Assembly: GCA_964057225.1 (NCBI GenBank)
Contig: CAXKVF010000077.1
Span: forward strand, 310,001 to 374,000
From: Auanema rhodensis
Lineage: Eukaryota > Animalia > Nematoda
Direction of reading: 5' to 3'
DNA: 64,000 nt
The first letter of the stretch is position 1. Each line of letters begins with the position of its first letter. Positions 41,501 to 57,190 of the stretch are shown here, piece by piece. A program made the translations under genes and the position numbers. The notes under the pieces were generated by a model. It did no database searches, was not told where the DNA came from, and worked only from the letters and a program-made list of their open reading frames with translations.

Positions 41501-44500
41501 TTACATACCAAGTGCACATCACGTGTACATTTAATTAGCATAAATTAAAGTTCACGTAAATTTCAAAGTCATGGTTACCATGAACCAATATCAATAAAAA
41601 TTTGTTTTTAGACTAATATGGACATGGGGAATCTAATTTTGAAAACCGCATCTCTTTATCTTTCACGTGAAGCGAGTTACATACCAAGTGCACATCACGT
41701 GTACATTTAATTAGCATAAATTAAAGTTCACGTAAATTACAAAGTCATGGTTACCATGAACCAATATCAATAAAAATTTGTTTTTAGACTAATATGGACA
41801 TGGGGAATCTAATTTTGAAAACCGCATCTCTTTATCTTTCACGTGGAGCGAGTTACATACCAAGTGCCCATCACGTGTACATTTAATTAGCATAAATTAA
41901 AGTTCACGTAAATTTCAAAGTCATGGTTACCATGCACCAATATCAATAAAAATTTGTTTTTAGACTAATATGGACATGGGGAATCTAATTTTGAAAACCG
42001 CATCTCGTTATCTTTCACGTGAAGCGAGTTACATACCAAGTGCACATCACGTGTACATTTAATTAGCATAAATTAAATTTCACGTAAATTTCAAAGTCAT
42101 GGTTACCATGCACCAATATCAATAAAAATTTGTTTTTAGACTAATATGGACATGGGGAATCTAATTTTGAAAACCGCATCTCTTTATCTTTCACGTGAAG
42201 CGAGTTACATACCAAGTGCACATCACGTGTACATTTAATTAGCATAAATTAAAGTTCACGTAAATTTCAAAGTCATGGTTACCATGCACCAATATCAATA
42301 AAAATTTGTTTTTAGACTAATATGGACATGGGGAATCTAATTTTGAAAACCGCATCTCTTTATCTTTCACGTGAAGCGAGTTACATACCAAGTGCACATC
42401 ACGTGTACATTTAATTAGCATAAATTAAAGTTCACGTAAATTTCAAAGTCATGGTTACCATGAACCAATATCAATAAAAATTTGTTTTTAGACTAATATG
42501 GACATGGGGAATCTAATTTTGAAAACCGCATCTCTTTATCTTTCACGTGAAGCGAGTTACATACCAAGTGCACATCACGTATACATTTAATTAGCATAAA
42601 TTAAAGTTCACGTAAATTTCAAAGTCATGGTTACCATGAACCAATATCAATAAAAATTTGTTTTTAGACTAATATGGACATGGGGAATCTAATTTTGAAA
42701 ACCGCATCTCTTTATCTTTCACGTGAAGCGAGTTACATACCAAGTGCCCATCACGTGTACATTTAATTAGCATAAATTAAAGTTCACGTAAATTTCAAAG
42801 TCATGGTTACCATGCACCAATATCAATAAAAATTCTTTTTAGACTAATATGGACATGGGGAATCTAATTTTGAAAACCGCATCTCGTTATCTTTCACGTG
42901 AAGCGAGTTACATACCAAGTGCACATCACGTGTACATTTAATTAGCATAAATTAAATTTCACGTAAATTTCAAAGTCATGGTTACCATGCACCAATATCA
43001 ATAAAAATTTGTTTTTAGACTAATATGGACATGGGGAATCTAATTTTGAAAACCGCATCTCTTTATCTTTCACGTGAAGCGAGTTACATACCAAGTGCAC
43101 ATCACGTGTACATTTAATTAGCATAAATTAAAGTTCACGTAAATTTCAAAGTCATGGTTACCATGCACCAATATCAATAAAAATTTGTTTTTAGACTAAT
43201 ATGGACATGGGGAATCTAATTTTGAAAACCGCATCTCTTTATCTTTCACGTGAAGCGAGTTACATACCAAGTGCACATCACGTGTACATTTAATTAGCAT
43301 AAATTAAAGTTCACGTAAATTTCAAAGTCATGGTTACCATGAACCAATATCAATAAAAATTTGTTTTTAGACTAATATGGACATGGGGAATCTAATTTTG
43401 AAAACCGCATCTCTTTATCTTTCACGTGAAGCGAGTTACATACCAAGTGCACATCACGTATACATTTAATTAGCATAAATTAAAGTTCACGTAAATTTCA
43501 AAGTCATGGTTACCATGAACCAATATCAATAAAAATTTGTTTTTAGACTAATATGGACATGGGGAATCTAATTTTGAAAACCGCATCTCTTTATCTTTCA
43601 CGTGAAGCGAGTTACATACCAAGTGCACATCACGTGTACATTTAATTAGCATAAATTAAAGTTCACGTAAATTTCAAAGTCATGGTTACCATGCACCAAT
43701 ATCAATAAAAATTTGTTTTTAAACTAATATGGACATGGGGAATCTAATTTTGAAAACCGCATCTCTTTATCTTTCACGTGAAGCGAGTTACATACCAAGT
43801 GCACATCACGTGTACATTTAATTAGCATAAATTAAAGTTCACGTAAATTTCAAAGTCATGGTTACCATGAACCAATATCAATAAAAATTTGTTTTTAGAC
43901 TAATATGGACATGGGGAATCTAATTTTGAAAACCGCATCTCTTTATCTTTCACGTGAAGCGAGTTACATACCAAGTGCACATCACGTGTACATTTAATTA
44001 GCATAAATTAAAGTTCACGTAAATTTCAAAGTCATGGTTACCATGAACCAATATCAATAAAAATTTGTTTTTAGACTAATATGGACATGGGGAATCTAAT
44101 TTTGAAAACCGCATCTCTTTATCTTTCACGTGAAGCGAGTTACATACCAAGTGCACATCACGTGTACATTTAATTAGCATAAATTAAAGTTCACGTAAAT
44201 TTCAAAGTCATGGTTACCATGAACCAATATCAATAAAAATTTGTTTTTAGACTAATATGGACATGGGGAATCTAATTTTGAAAACCGCATCTCTTTATCT
44301 TTCACGTGAAGCGAGTTACATACCAAGTGCACATCACGTATACATTTAATTAGCATAAATTAAAGTTCACGTAAATTTCAAAGTCATGGTTACCATGAAC
44401 CAATATCAATAAAAATTTGTTTTTAGACTAATATGGACATGGGGAATCTAATTTTGAAAACCGCATCTCTTTATCTTTCACGTGAAGCGAGTTACATACC

Positions 44501-44870
44501 AAGTGCACATCACGTGTACATTTAATTAGCATAAATTAAAGTTCACGTAAATTTCAAAGTCATGGTTACCATGAACCAATATCAATAAAAATTTGTTTTT
44601 AGACTAATATGGACATGGGGAATCTAATTTTGAAAACCGCATCTCTTTATCTTTCACGTGAAGCGAGTTACATACCAAGTGCACATCACGTATACATTTA
44701 ATTAGCATAAATTAAAGTTCACGTAAATTTCAAAGTCATGGTTACCATGAACCAATATCAATAAAAATTTGTTTTTAGACTAATATGGACATGGGGAATC
44801 TAATTTTGAAAACCGCATCTCTTTATCTTTCACGTGAAGCGAGTTACATACCAAGTGCACATCACGTGTA
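38536..44870. repeat. Transitional domain with singleton-rich monomers, a pure consensus run and a 5-mer duplication
   Basis: Singleton variants at 39416-40119. Five consensus monomers at 40824-41703. 41704-42583 is duplicated as 42584-43462. Confidence 0.7.
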
Positions 44871-47800
44871 CATTTAATTAGCATAAATTAAAGTTCACGT
44901 AAATTTCAAAGTCATGGTTACCATGCACCAATATCAATAAAAATTTGTTTTTAGACTAATATGGACATGGGGAATCTAATTTTGAAAACCGCATCTCTTT
45001 ATCTTTCACGTGAAGCGAGTTACATACCAAGTGCACATCACGTGTACATTTAATTAGCATAAATTAAAGTTCACGTAAATTTCAAAGTCATGGTTACCAT
45101 GAACCAATATCAATAAAAATTTGTTTTTAGACTAATATGGACATGGGGAATCTAATTTTGAAAACCGCATCTCTTTATCTTTCACGTGAAGCGAGTTACA
45201 TACCAAGTGCACATCACGTATACATTTAATTAGCATAAATTAAAGTTCACGTAAATTTCAAAGTCATGGTTACCATGAACCAATATCAATAAAAATTTGT
45301 TTTTAGACTAATATGGACATGGGGAATCTAATTTTGAAAACCGCATCTCGTTATCTTTCACGTGAAGCGAGTTACATACCAAGTGCACATCACGTGTACA
45401 TTTAATTAGCATAAGTTAAAGTTCACGTAAATTTCAAAGTCATGGTTACCATGCACCAATATCAATAAAAATTTGTTTTTAAACTAATATGGACATGGGG
45501 AATCTAATTTTGAAAACCGCATCTCTTTATCTTTCACGTGAAGCGAGTTACATACCAAGTGCACATCACGTGTACATTTAATTAGCATAAATTAAAGTTC
45601 ACGTAAATTTCAAAGTCATGGTTACCATGCACCAATATCAATAAAAATTTGTTTTTAGACTAATATGGACATGGGGAATCTAATTTTGAAAACCGCATCT
45701 CTTTATCTTTCACGTGAAGCGAGTTACATACCAAGTGCACATCACGTGTACATTTAATTAGCATAAATTAAAGTTCACGTAAATTTCAAAGTCATGGTTA
45801 CCATGAACCAATATCAATAAAAAGTTCTTTTTAGACTAATATGGACATGGGGAATCTAATTTTGAAAACCGCATCTCTTTATCTTTCACGTGAAGCGAGT
45901 TACATACCAAGAGCACATCACGTGTACATTTAATTAGCATAAATTAAAGTTCACGTAAATTTCAAAGTCATGGTTACCATGAACCAATATCAATAAAAAT
46001 TTGTTTTTAAACTAATATGGACATGGGGAATCTAATTTTGAAAACCGCATCTCTTTATCTTTCACGTGAAGCGAGTTACATACCAAGTGCCCATCACGTG
46101 TACATTTAATTAGCATAAATTAAAGTTCACGTAAATTTCAAAGTCATGGTTACCATGCACCAATATCAATAAAAATTTGTTTTTAGACTAATATGGACAT
46201 GGGGAATCTAATTTTGAAAACCGCATCTCTTTATCTTTCACGTGAAGCGAGTTACATACCAAGTGCACATCACGTGTACATTTAATTAGCATAAATTAAA
46301 GTTCACGTAAATTTCAAAGTCATGGTTACCATGAACCAATATCAATAAAAATTTCTTTTTAGACTAATATGGACATGGGGAATCTAATTTTGAAAACCGC
46401 ATCTCTTTATCTTTCACGTGAAGCGAGTTACATACCAAGAGCACATCACGTGTACATTTAATTAGCATAAATTAAAGTTCACGTAAATTTCAAAGTCATG
46501 GTTACCATGAACCAATATCAATAAAAATTTGTTTTTAGACTAATATGGACATGGGGAATCTAATTTTGAAAACCGCATCTCTTTATCTTTCACGTGAAGC
46601 GAGTTACATACCAAGTGCCCATCACGTGTACATTTAATTAGCATAAATTAAAGTTCACGTAAATTTCAAAGTCATGGTTACCATGCACCAATATCAATAA
46701 AAATTTGTTTTTAAACTAATATGGACATGGGGAATCTAATTTTGAAAACCGCATCTCTTTATCTTTCACGTGAAGCGAGTTACATACCAAGTGCACATCA
46801 CGTGTACTTTTAATTAGCATAAATTAAAGTTCACGTAAATTTCAAAGTCATGGTTACCATGAACCAATATCAATAAAAATTTCTTTTTAGACTAATATGG
46901 ACATGGGGAATCTAATTTTGAAAACCGCATCTCTTTATCTTTCACGTGAAGCGAGTTACATACCAAGAGCACATCACGTGTACATTTAATTAGCATAAAT
47001 TAAAGTTCACGTAAATTTCAAAGTCATGGTTACCATGAACCAATATCAATAAAAATTTGTTTTTAGACTAATATGGACATGGGGAATCTAATTTTGAAAA
47101 CCGCATCTCTTTATCTTTCACGTGAAGCGAGTTACATACCAAGTGCCCATCACGTGTACATTTAATTAGCATAAATTAAAGTTCACGTAAATTTCAAAGT
47201 CATGGTTACCATGCACCAATATCAATAAAAATTTGTTTTTAAACTAATATGGACATGGGGAATCTAATTTTGAAAACCGCATCTCTTTATCTTTCACGTG
47301 AAGCGAGTTACATACCAAGTGCACATCACGTGTACATTTAATTAGCATAAATTAAAGTTCACGTAAATTTCAAAGTCATGGTTACCATGAACCAATATCA
47401 ATAAAAATTTGTTTTTAGACTAATATGGACATGGGGAATCTAATTTTGAAAACCGCATCTCTTTATCTTTCACGTGAAGCGAGTTACATACCAAGTGCCC
47501 ATCACGTGTACATTTAATTAGCATAAATTAAAGTTCACGTAAATTTCAAAGTCATGGTTACCATGCACCAATATCAATAAAAATTTGTTTTTAAACTAAT
47601 ATGGACATGGGGAATCTAATTTTGAAAACCGCATCTCTTTATCTTTCACGTGAAGCGAGTTACATACCAAGTGCACATCACGTGTACATTTAATTAGCAT
47701 AAATTAAAGTTCACGTAAATTTCAAAGTCATGGTTACCATGAACCAATATCAATAAAAATTTGTTTTTAGACTAATATGGACATGGGGAATCTAATTTTG

Positions 47801-50800
47801 AAAACCGCATCTCTTTATCTTTCACGTGAAGCGAGTTACATACCAAGTGCACATCACGTGTACATTTAATTAGCATAAATTAAAGTTCACGTAAATTTCA
47901 AAGTCATGGTTACCATGAACCAATATCAATAAAAATTTGTTTTTAGACTAATATGGACATGGGGAATCTAATTTTGAAAACCGCATCTCTTTATCTTTCA
48001 CGTGAAGCGAGTTACATACCAAGTGCACATCACGTGTACATTTAATTAGCATAAATTAAAGTTCACGTAAATTTCAAAGTCATGGTTACCATGAACCAAT
48101 ATCAATAAAAATTTGTTTTTAGACTAATATGGACATGGGGAATCTAATTTTGAAAACCGCATCTCTTTATCTTTCACGTGAAGCGAGTTACATACCAAGT
48201 GCACATCACGTATACATTTAATTAGCATAAATTAAAGTTCACGTAAATTTCAAAGTCATGGTTACCATGAACCAATATCAATAAAAATTTGTTTTTAGAC
48301 TAATATGGACATGGGGAATCTAATTTTGAAAACCGCATCTCTTTATCTTTCACGTGAAGCGAGTTACATACCAAGTGCACATCACGTGTACATTTAATTA
48401 GCATAAATTAAAGTTCACGTAAATTTCAAAGTCATGGTTACCATGAACCAATATCAATAAAAATTTGTTTTTAGACTAATATGGACATGGGGAATCTAAT
48501 TTTGAAAACCGCATCTCTTTATCTTTCACGTGAAGCGAGTTACATACCAAGTGCACATCACGTGTACATTTAATTAGCATAAATTAAAGTTCACGTAAAT
48601 TTCAAAGTCATGGTTACCATGCACCAATATCAATAAAAATTTGTTTTTAAACTAATATGGACATGGGGAATCTAATTTTGAAAACCGCATCTCTTTATCT
48701 TTCACGTGAAGCGAGTTACATACCAAGTGCACATCACGTGTACTTTTAATTAGCATAAATTAAAGTTCACGTAAATTTCAAAGTCATGGTTACCATGAAC
48801 CAATATCAATAAAAATTTCTTTTTAGACTAATATGGACATGGGGAATCTAATTTTGAAAACCGCATCTCTTTATCTTTCACGTGAAGCGAGTTACATACC
48901 AAGAGCACATCACGTGTACATTTAATTAGCATAAATTAAAGTTCACGTAAATTTCAAAGTCATGGTTACCATGAACCAATATCAATAAAAATTTGTTTTT
49001 AGACTAATATGGACATGGGGAATCTAATTTTGAAAACCGCATCTCTTTATCTTTCACGTGAAGCGAGTTACATACCAAGTGCCCATCACGTGTACATTTA
49101 ATTAGCATAAATTAAAGTTCACGTAAATTTCAAAGTCATGGTTACCATGCACCAATATCAATAAAAATTTGTTTTTAAACTAATATGGACATGGGGAATC
49201 TAATTTTGAAAACCGCATCTCTTTATCTTTCACGTGAAGCGAGTTACATACCAAGTGCACATCACGTGTACATTTAATTAGCATAAATTAAAGTTCACGT
49301 AAATTTCAAAGTCATGGTTACCATGAACCAATATCAATAAAAATTTGTTTTTAGACTAATATGGACATGGGGAATCTAATTTTGAAAACCGCATCTCTTT
49401 ATCTTTCACGTGAAGCGAGTTACATACCAAGTGCCCATCACGTGTACATTTAATTAGCATAAATTAAAGTTCACGTAAATTTCAAAGTCATGGTTACCAT
49501 GCACCAATATCAATAAAAATTTGTTTTTAAACTAATATGGACATGGGGAATCTAATTTTGAAAACCGCATCTCTTTATCTTTCACGTGAAGCGAGTTACA
49601 TACCAAGTGCACATCACGTGTACATTTAATTAGCATAAATTAAAGTTCACGTAAATTTCAAAGTCATGGTTACCATGAACCAATATCAATAAAAATTTGT
49701 TTTTAGACTAATATGGACATGGGGAATCTAATTTTGAAAACCGCATCTCTTTATCTTTCACGTGAAGCGAGTTACATACCAAGTGCACATCACGTGTACA
49801 TTTAATTAGCATAAATTAAAGTTCACGTAAATTTCAAAGTCATGGTTACCATGAACCAATATCAATAAAAATTTGTTTTTAGACTAATATGGACATGGGG
49901 AATCTAATTTTGAAAACCGCATCTCTTTATCTTTCACGTGAAGCGAGTTACATACCAAGTGCACATCACGTGTACATTTAATTAGCATAAATTAAAGTTC
50001 ACGTAAATTTCAAAGTCATGGTTACCATGAACCAATATCAATAAAAATTTGTTTTTAGACTAATATGGACATGGGGAATCTAATTTTGAAAACCGCATCT
50101 CTTTATCTTTCACGTGAAGCGAGTTACATACCAAGTGCACATCACGTATACATTTAATTAGCATAAATTAAAGTTCACGTAAATTTCAAAGTCATGGTTA
50201 CCATGAACCAATATCAATAAAAATTTGTTTTTAGACTAATATGGACATGGGGAATCTAATTTTGAAAACCGCATCTCTTTATCTTTCACGTGAAGCGAGT
50301 TACATACCAAGTGCACATCACGTGTACATTTAATTAGCATAAATTAAAGTTCACGTAAATTTCAAAGTCATGGTTACCATGAACCAATATCAATAAAAAT
50401 TTGTTTTTAGACTAATATGGACATGGGGAATCTAATTTTGAAAACCGCATCTCTTTATCTTTCACGTGAAGCGAGTTACATACCAAGTGCACATCACGTG
50501 TACATTTAATTAGCATAAATTAAAGTTCACGTAAATTTCAAAGTCATGGTTACCATGCACCAATATCAATAAAAATTTGTTTTTAGACTAATATGGACAT
50601 GGGGAATCTAATTTTGAAAACCGCATCTCTTTATCTTTCACGTGAAGCGAGTTACATACCAAGTGCACATCACGTGTACATTTAATTAGCATAAATTAAA
50701 GTTCACGTAAATTTCAAAGTCATGGTTACCATGCACCAATATCAATAAAAATTTGTTTTTAGACTAATATGGACATGGGGAATCTAATTTTGAAAACCGC

Positions 50801-53800
50801 ATCTCTTTATCTTTCACGTGAAGCGAGTTACATACCAAGTGCACATCACGTGTACATTTAATTAGCATAAATTAAAGTTCACGTAAATTTCAAAGTCATG
50901 GTTACCATGAACCAATATCAATAAAAATTTGTTTTTAGACTAATATGGACATGGGGAATCTAATTTTGAAAACCGCATCTCTTTATCTTTCACGTGAAGC
51001 GAGTTACATACCAAGTGCACATCACGTATACATTTAATTAGCATAAATTAAAGTTCACGTAAATTTCAAAGTCATGGTTACCATGAACCAATATCAATAA
51101 AAATTTGTTTTTAGACTAATATGGACATGGGGAATCTAATTTTGAAAACCGCATCTCGTTATCTTTCACGTGAAGCGAGTTACATACCAAGTGCACATCA
51201 CGTGTACATTTAATTAGCATAAGTTAAAGTTCACGTAAATTTCAAAGTCATGGTTACCATGCACCAATATCAATAAAAATTTGTTTTTAAACTAATATGG
51301 ACATGGGGAATCTAATTTTGAAAACCGCATCTCTTTATCTTTCACGTGAAGCGAGTTACATACCAAGTGCACATCACGTGTACATTTAATTAGCATAAAT
51401 TAAAGTTCACGTAAATTTCAAAGTCATGGTTACCATGCACCAATATCAATAAAAATTTGTTTTTAGACTAATATGGACATGGGGAATCTAATTTTGAAAA
51501 CCGCATCTCTTTATCTTTCACGTGAAGCGAGTTACATACCAAGTGCACATCACGTGTACATTTAATTAGCATAAATTAAAGTTCACGTAAATTTCAAAGT
51601 CATGGTTACCATGAACCAATATCAATAAAAAGTTCTTTTTAGACTAATATGGACATGGGGAATCTAATTTTGAAAACCGCATCTCTTTATCTTTCACGTG
51701 AAGCGAGTTACATACCAAGAGCACATCACGTGTACATTTAATTAGCATAAATTAAAGTTCACGTAAATTTCAAAGTCATGGTTACCATGAACCAATATCA
51801 ATAAAAATTTGTTTTTAAACTAATATGGACATGGGGAATCTAATTTTGAAAACCGCATCTCTTTATCTTTCACGTGAAGCGAGTTACATACCAAGTGCCC
51901 ATCACGTGTACATTTAATTAGCATAAATTAAAGTTCACGTAAATTTCAAAGTCATGGTTACCATGCACCAATATCAATAAAAATTTGTTTTTAAACTAAT
52001 ATGGACATGGGGAATCTAATTTTGAAAACCGCATCTCTTTATCTTTCACGTGAAGCGAGTTACATACCAAGTGCACATCACGTGTACATTTAATTAGCAT
52101 AAATTAAAGTTCACGTAAATTTCAAAGTCATGGTTACCATGAACCAATATCAATAAAAATTTCTTTTTAGACTAATATGGACATGGGGAATCTAATTTTG
52201 AAAACCGCATCTCTTTATCTTTCACGTGAAGCGAGTTACATACCAAGAGCACATCACGTGTACATTTAATTAGCATAAATTAAAGTTCACGTAAATTTCA
52301 AAGTCATGGTTACCATGAACCAATATCAATAAAAATTTGTTTTTAGACTAATATGGACATGGGGAATCTAATTTTGAAAACCGCATCTCTTTATCTTTCA
52401 CGTGAAGCGAGTTACATACCAAGTGCCCATCACGTGTACATTTAATTAGCATAAATTAAAGTTCACGTAAATTTCAAAGTCATGGTTACCATGCACCAAT
52501 ATCAATAAAAATTTGTTTTTAAACTAATATGGACATGGGGAATCTAATTTTGAAAACCGCATCTCTTTATCTTTCACGTGAAGCGAGTTACATACCAAGT
52601 GCACATCACGTGTACATTTAATTAGCATAAGTTAAAGTTCACGTAAATTTCAAAGTCATGGTTACCATGCACCAATATCAATAAAAATTTGTTTTTAAAC
52701 TAATATGGACATGTGGAATCTAATTTTGAAAACCGCATCTCTTTATCTTTCACGTGAAGCGAGTTACATACCAAGTGCACATCACGTGTACATTTAATTA
52801 GCATAAATTAAAGTTCACGTAAATTTCAAAGTCATGGTTACCATGCACCAATATCAATAAAAATTTGTTTTTAGACTAATATGGACATGGGGAATCTAAT
52901 TTTGAAAACCGCATCTCTTTATCTTTCACGTGAAGCGAGTTACATACCAAGTGCACATCACGTGTACATTTAATTAGCATAAATTAAAGTTCACGTAAAT
53001 TTCAAAGTCATGGTTACCATGCACCAATATCAATCAAAATTTGTTTTTAGACTAATATGGACATGGGGAATCTAATTTTGAAAACCGCATCTCTTTATCT
53101 TTCACGTGAAGCGAGTTACATACCAAGTGCACATCACGTGTACATTTAATTAGCATAAATTAAAGTTCACGTAAATTTCAAAGTCATGGTTGCCATGAAC
53201 CAAAATCAATAAAAATTTGTTTTTAGACTAATATGGACATGGGGAATCTAATTTTGAAAACCGCATCTCTTCATCTTTCACGTGAAGCGAGTTACATACC
53301 AAGTGCACATCACGTGTACATTTAATTAGCATAAATTAAAGTTCACGTAAATTTCAAAGTCATGGTTACCATGCACCAATATCAATAAAAATTTGTTTTT
53401 AGACTAATATGGACATGGGGAATCTAATTTTGAAAACCGCATCTCTTTATCTTTCACGTGAAGCGAGTTACATACCAAGTGCACATCACGTGTACATTTA
53501 ATTAGCATAAATTAAAGTTCACGTAAATTTCAAAGTCATGGTTACCATGAACCAATATCAATAAAAATTTGTTTTTAGACTAATATGGACATGGGGAATC
53601 TAATTTTGAAAACCGCATCTCTTTATCTTTCACGTGAAGCGAGTTACATACCAAGTGCACATCACGTGTACATTTAATTAGCATAAGTTAAAGTTCACGT
53701 AAATTTCAAAGTCATGGTTACCATGCACCAATATCAATAAAAATTTGTTTTTAAACTAATATGGACATGGGGAATCTAATTTTGAAAACCGCATCTCTTT

Positions 53801-56800
53801 ATCTTTCACGTGAAGCGAGTTACATACCAAGTGCACATCACGTGTACATTTAATTAGCATAAATTAAAGTTCACGTAAATTTCAAAGTCATGGTTACCAT
53901 GAACCAATATCAATAAAAATTTGTTTTTAGACTAATATGGACATGGGGAATCTAATTTTGAAAACCGCATCTCTTTATCTTTCACGTGAAGCGAGTTACA
54001 TACCAAGTGCACATCACGTGTACATTTAATTAGCATAAATTAAAGTTCACGTAAATTTCAAAGTCATGGTTACCATGCACCAATATCAATAAAAATTTGT
54101 TTTTAGACTAATATGGACATGGGGAATCTAATTTTGAAAACCGCATCTCTTTATCTTTCACGTGAAGCGAGTTACATACCAAGTGCACATCACGTGTACA
54201 TTTAATTAGCATAAATTAAAGTTCACGTAAATTTCAAAGTCATGGTTACCATGAACCAATATCAATAAAAATTTGTTTTTAGACTAATATGGACATGGGG
54301 AATCTAATTTTGAAAACCGCATCTCTTTATCTTTCACGTGAAGCGAGTTACATACCAAGTGCACATCACGTATACATTTAATTAGCATAAATTAAAGTTC
54401 ACGTAAATTTCAAAGTCATGGTTACCATGAACCAATATCAATAAAAATTTGTTTTTAGACTAATATGGACATGGGGAATCTAATTTTGAAAACCGCATCT
54501 CGTTATCTTTCACGTGAAGCGAGTTACATACCAAGTGCACATCACGTGTACATTTAATTAGCATAAGTTAAAGTTCACGTAAATTTCAAAGTCATGGTTA
54601 CCATGCACCAATATCAATAAAAATTTGTTTTTAAACTAATATGGACATGGGGAATCTAATTTTGAAAACCGCATCTCTTTATCTTTCACGTGAAGCGAGT
54701 TACATACCAAGTGCACATCACGTGTACATTTAATTAGCATAAATTAAAGTTCACGTAAATTTCAAAGTCATGGTTACCATGCACCAATATCAATAAAAAT
54801 TTGTTTTTAGACTAATATGGACATGGGGAATCTAATTTTGAAAACCGCATCTCTTCATCTTTCACGTGAAGCGAGTTACATACCAAGTGCACATCACGTG
54901 TACATTTAATTAGCATAAATTAAAGTTCACGTAAATTTCAAAGTCATGGTTACCATGAACCAATATCAATAAAAATTTCTTTTTAGACTAATATGGACAT
55001 GGGGAATCTAATTTTGAAAACCGCATCTCTTTATCTTTCACGTGAAGCGAGTTACATACCAAGAGCACATCACGTGTACATTTAATTAGCATAAATTAAA
55101 GTTCACGTAAATTTCAAAGTCATGGTTACCATGAACCAATATCAATAAAAATTTGTTTTTAAACTAATATGGACATGGGGAATCTAATTTTGAAAACCGC
55201 ATCTCTTTATCTTTCACGTGAAGCGAGTTACATACCAAGTGCCCATCACGTGTACATTTAATTAGCATAAATTAAAGTTCACGTAAATTTCAAAGTCATG
55301 GTTACCATGCACCAATATCAATAAAAATTTGTTTTTAGACTAATATGGACATGGGGAATCTAATTTTGAAAACCGCATCTCTTTATCTTTCACGTGAAGC
55401 GAGTTACATACCAAGTGCACATCACGTGTACATTTAATTAGCATAAATTAAAGTTCACGTAAATTTCAAAGTCATGGTTACCATGAACCAATATCAATAA
55501 AAATTTCTTTTTAGACTAATATGGACATGGGGAATCTAATTTTGAAAACCGCATCTCTTTATCTTTCACGTGAAGCGAGTTACATACCAAGAGCACATCA
55601 CGTGTACATTTAATTAGCATAAATTAAAGTTCACGTAAATTTCAAAGTCATGGTTACCATGAACCAATATCAATAAAAATTTGTTTTTAGACTAATATGG
55701 ACATGGGGAATCTAATTTTGAAAACCGCATCTCTTTATCTTTCACGTGAAGCGAGTTACATACCAAGTGCCCATCACGTGTACATTTAATTAGCATAAAT
55801 TAAAGTTCACGTAAATTTCAAAGTCATGGTTACCATGCACCAATATCAATAAAAATTTGTTTTTAAACTAATATGGACATGGGGAATCTAATTTTGAAAA
55901 CCGCATCTCTTTATCTTTCACGTGAAGCGAGTTACATACCAAGTGCACATCACGTGTACATTTAATTAGCATAAGTTAAAGTTCACGTAAATTTCAAAGT
56001 CATGGTTACCATGCACCAATATCAATAAAAATTTGTTTTTAAACTAATATGGACATGTGGAATCTAATTTTGAAAACCGCATCTCTTTATCTTTCACGTG
56101 AAGCGAGTTACATACCAAGTGCACATCACGTGTACATTTAATTAGCATAAATTAAAGTTCACGTAAATTTCAAAGTCATGGTTACCATGCACCAATATCA
56201 ATAAAAATTTGTTTTTAGACTAATATGGACATGGGGAATCTAATTTTGAAAACCGCATCTCTTTATCTTTCACGTGAAGCGAGTTACATACCAAGTGCAC
56301 ATCACGTGTACATTTAATTAGCATAAATTAAAGTTCACGTAAATTTCAAAGTCATGGTTACCATGCACCAATATCAATCAAAATTTGTTTTTAGACTAAT
56401 ATGGACATGGGGAATCTAATTTTGAAAACCGCATCTCTTTATCTTTCACGTGAAGCGAGTTACATACCAAGTGCACATCACGTGTACATTTAATTAGCAT
56501 AAATTAAAGTTCACGTAAATTTCAAAGTCATGGTTGCCATAAACCAAAATCAATAAAAATTTGTTTTTAGACTAATATGGACATGGGGAATCTAATTTTG
56601 AAAACCGCATCTCTTCATCTTTCACGTGAAGCGAGTTACATACCAAGTGCACATCACGTGTACATTTAATTAGCATAAATTAAAGTTCACGTAAATTTCA
56701 AAGTCATGGTTACCATGCACCAATATCAATAAAAATTTGTTTTTAGACTAATATGGACATGGGGAATCTAATTTTGAAAACCGCATCTCTTTATCTTTCA

Positions 56801-57190
56801 CGTGAAGCGAGTTACATACCAAGTGCACATCACGTGTACATTTAATTAGCATAAATTAAAGTTCACGTAAATTTCAAAGTCATGGTTACCATGAACCAAT
56901 ATCAATAAAAATTTGTTTTTAGACTAATATGGACATGGGGAATCTAATTTTGAAAACCGCATCTCTTTATCTTTCACGTGAAGCGAGTTACATACCAAGT
57001 GCACATCACGTGTACATTTAATTAGCATAAGTTAAAGTTCACGTAAATTTCAAAGTCATGGTTACCATGCACCAATATCAATAAAAATTTGTTTTTAAAC
57101 TAATATGGACATGGGGAATCTAATTTTGAAAACCGCATCTCTTTATCTTTCACGTGAAGCGAGTTACATACCAAGTGCACATCACGTGTA
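44871..57190. repeat. HOR domain E: nested 3-mer, 11-mer and 19-mer duplications
   Basis: 3-mer [G77C,T162A][A165C][A56C,+/-G84A]. 11-mer 46631-48566 = 48567-50502. 19-mer 50679-54022 ~ 54023-57366. Confidence 0.85.
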
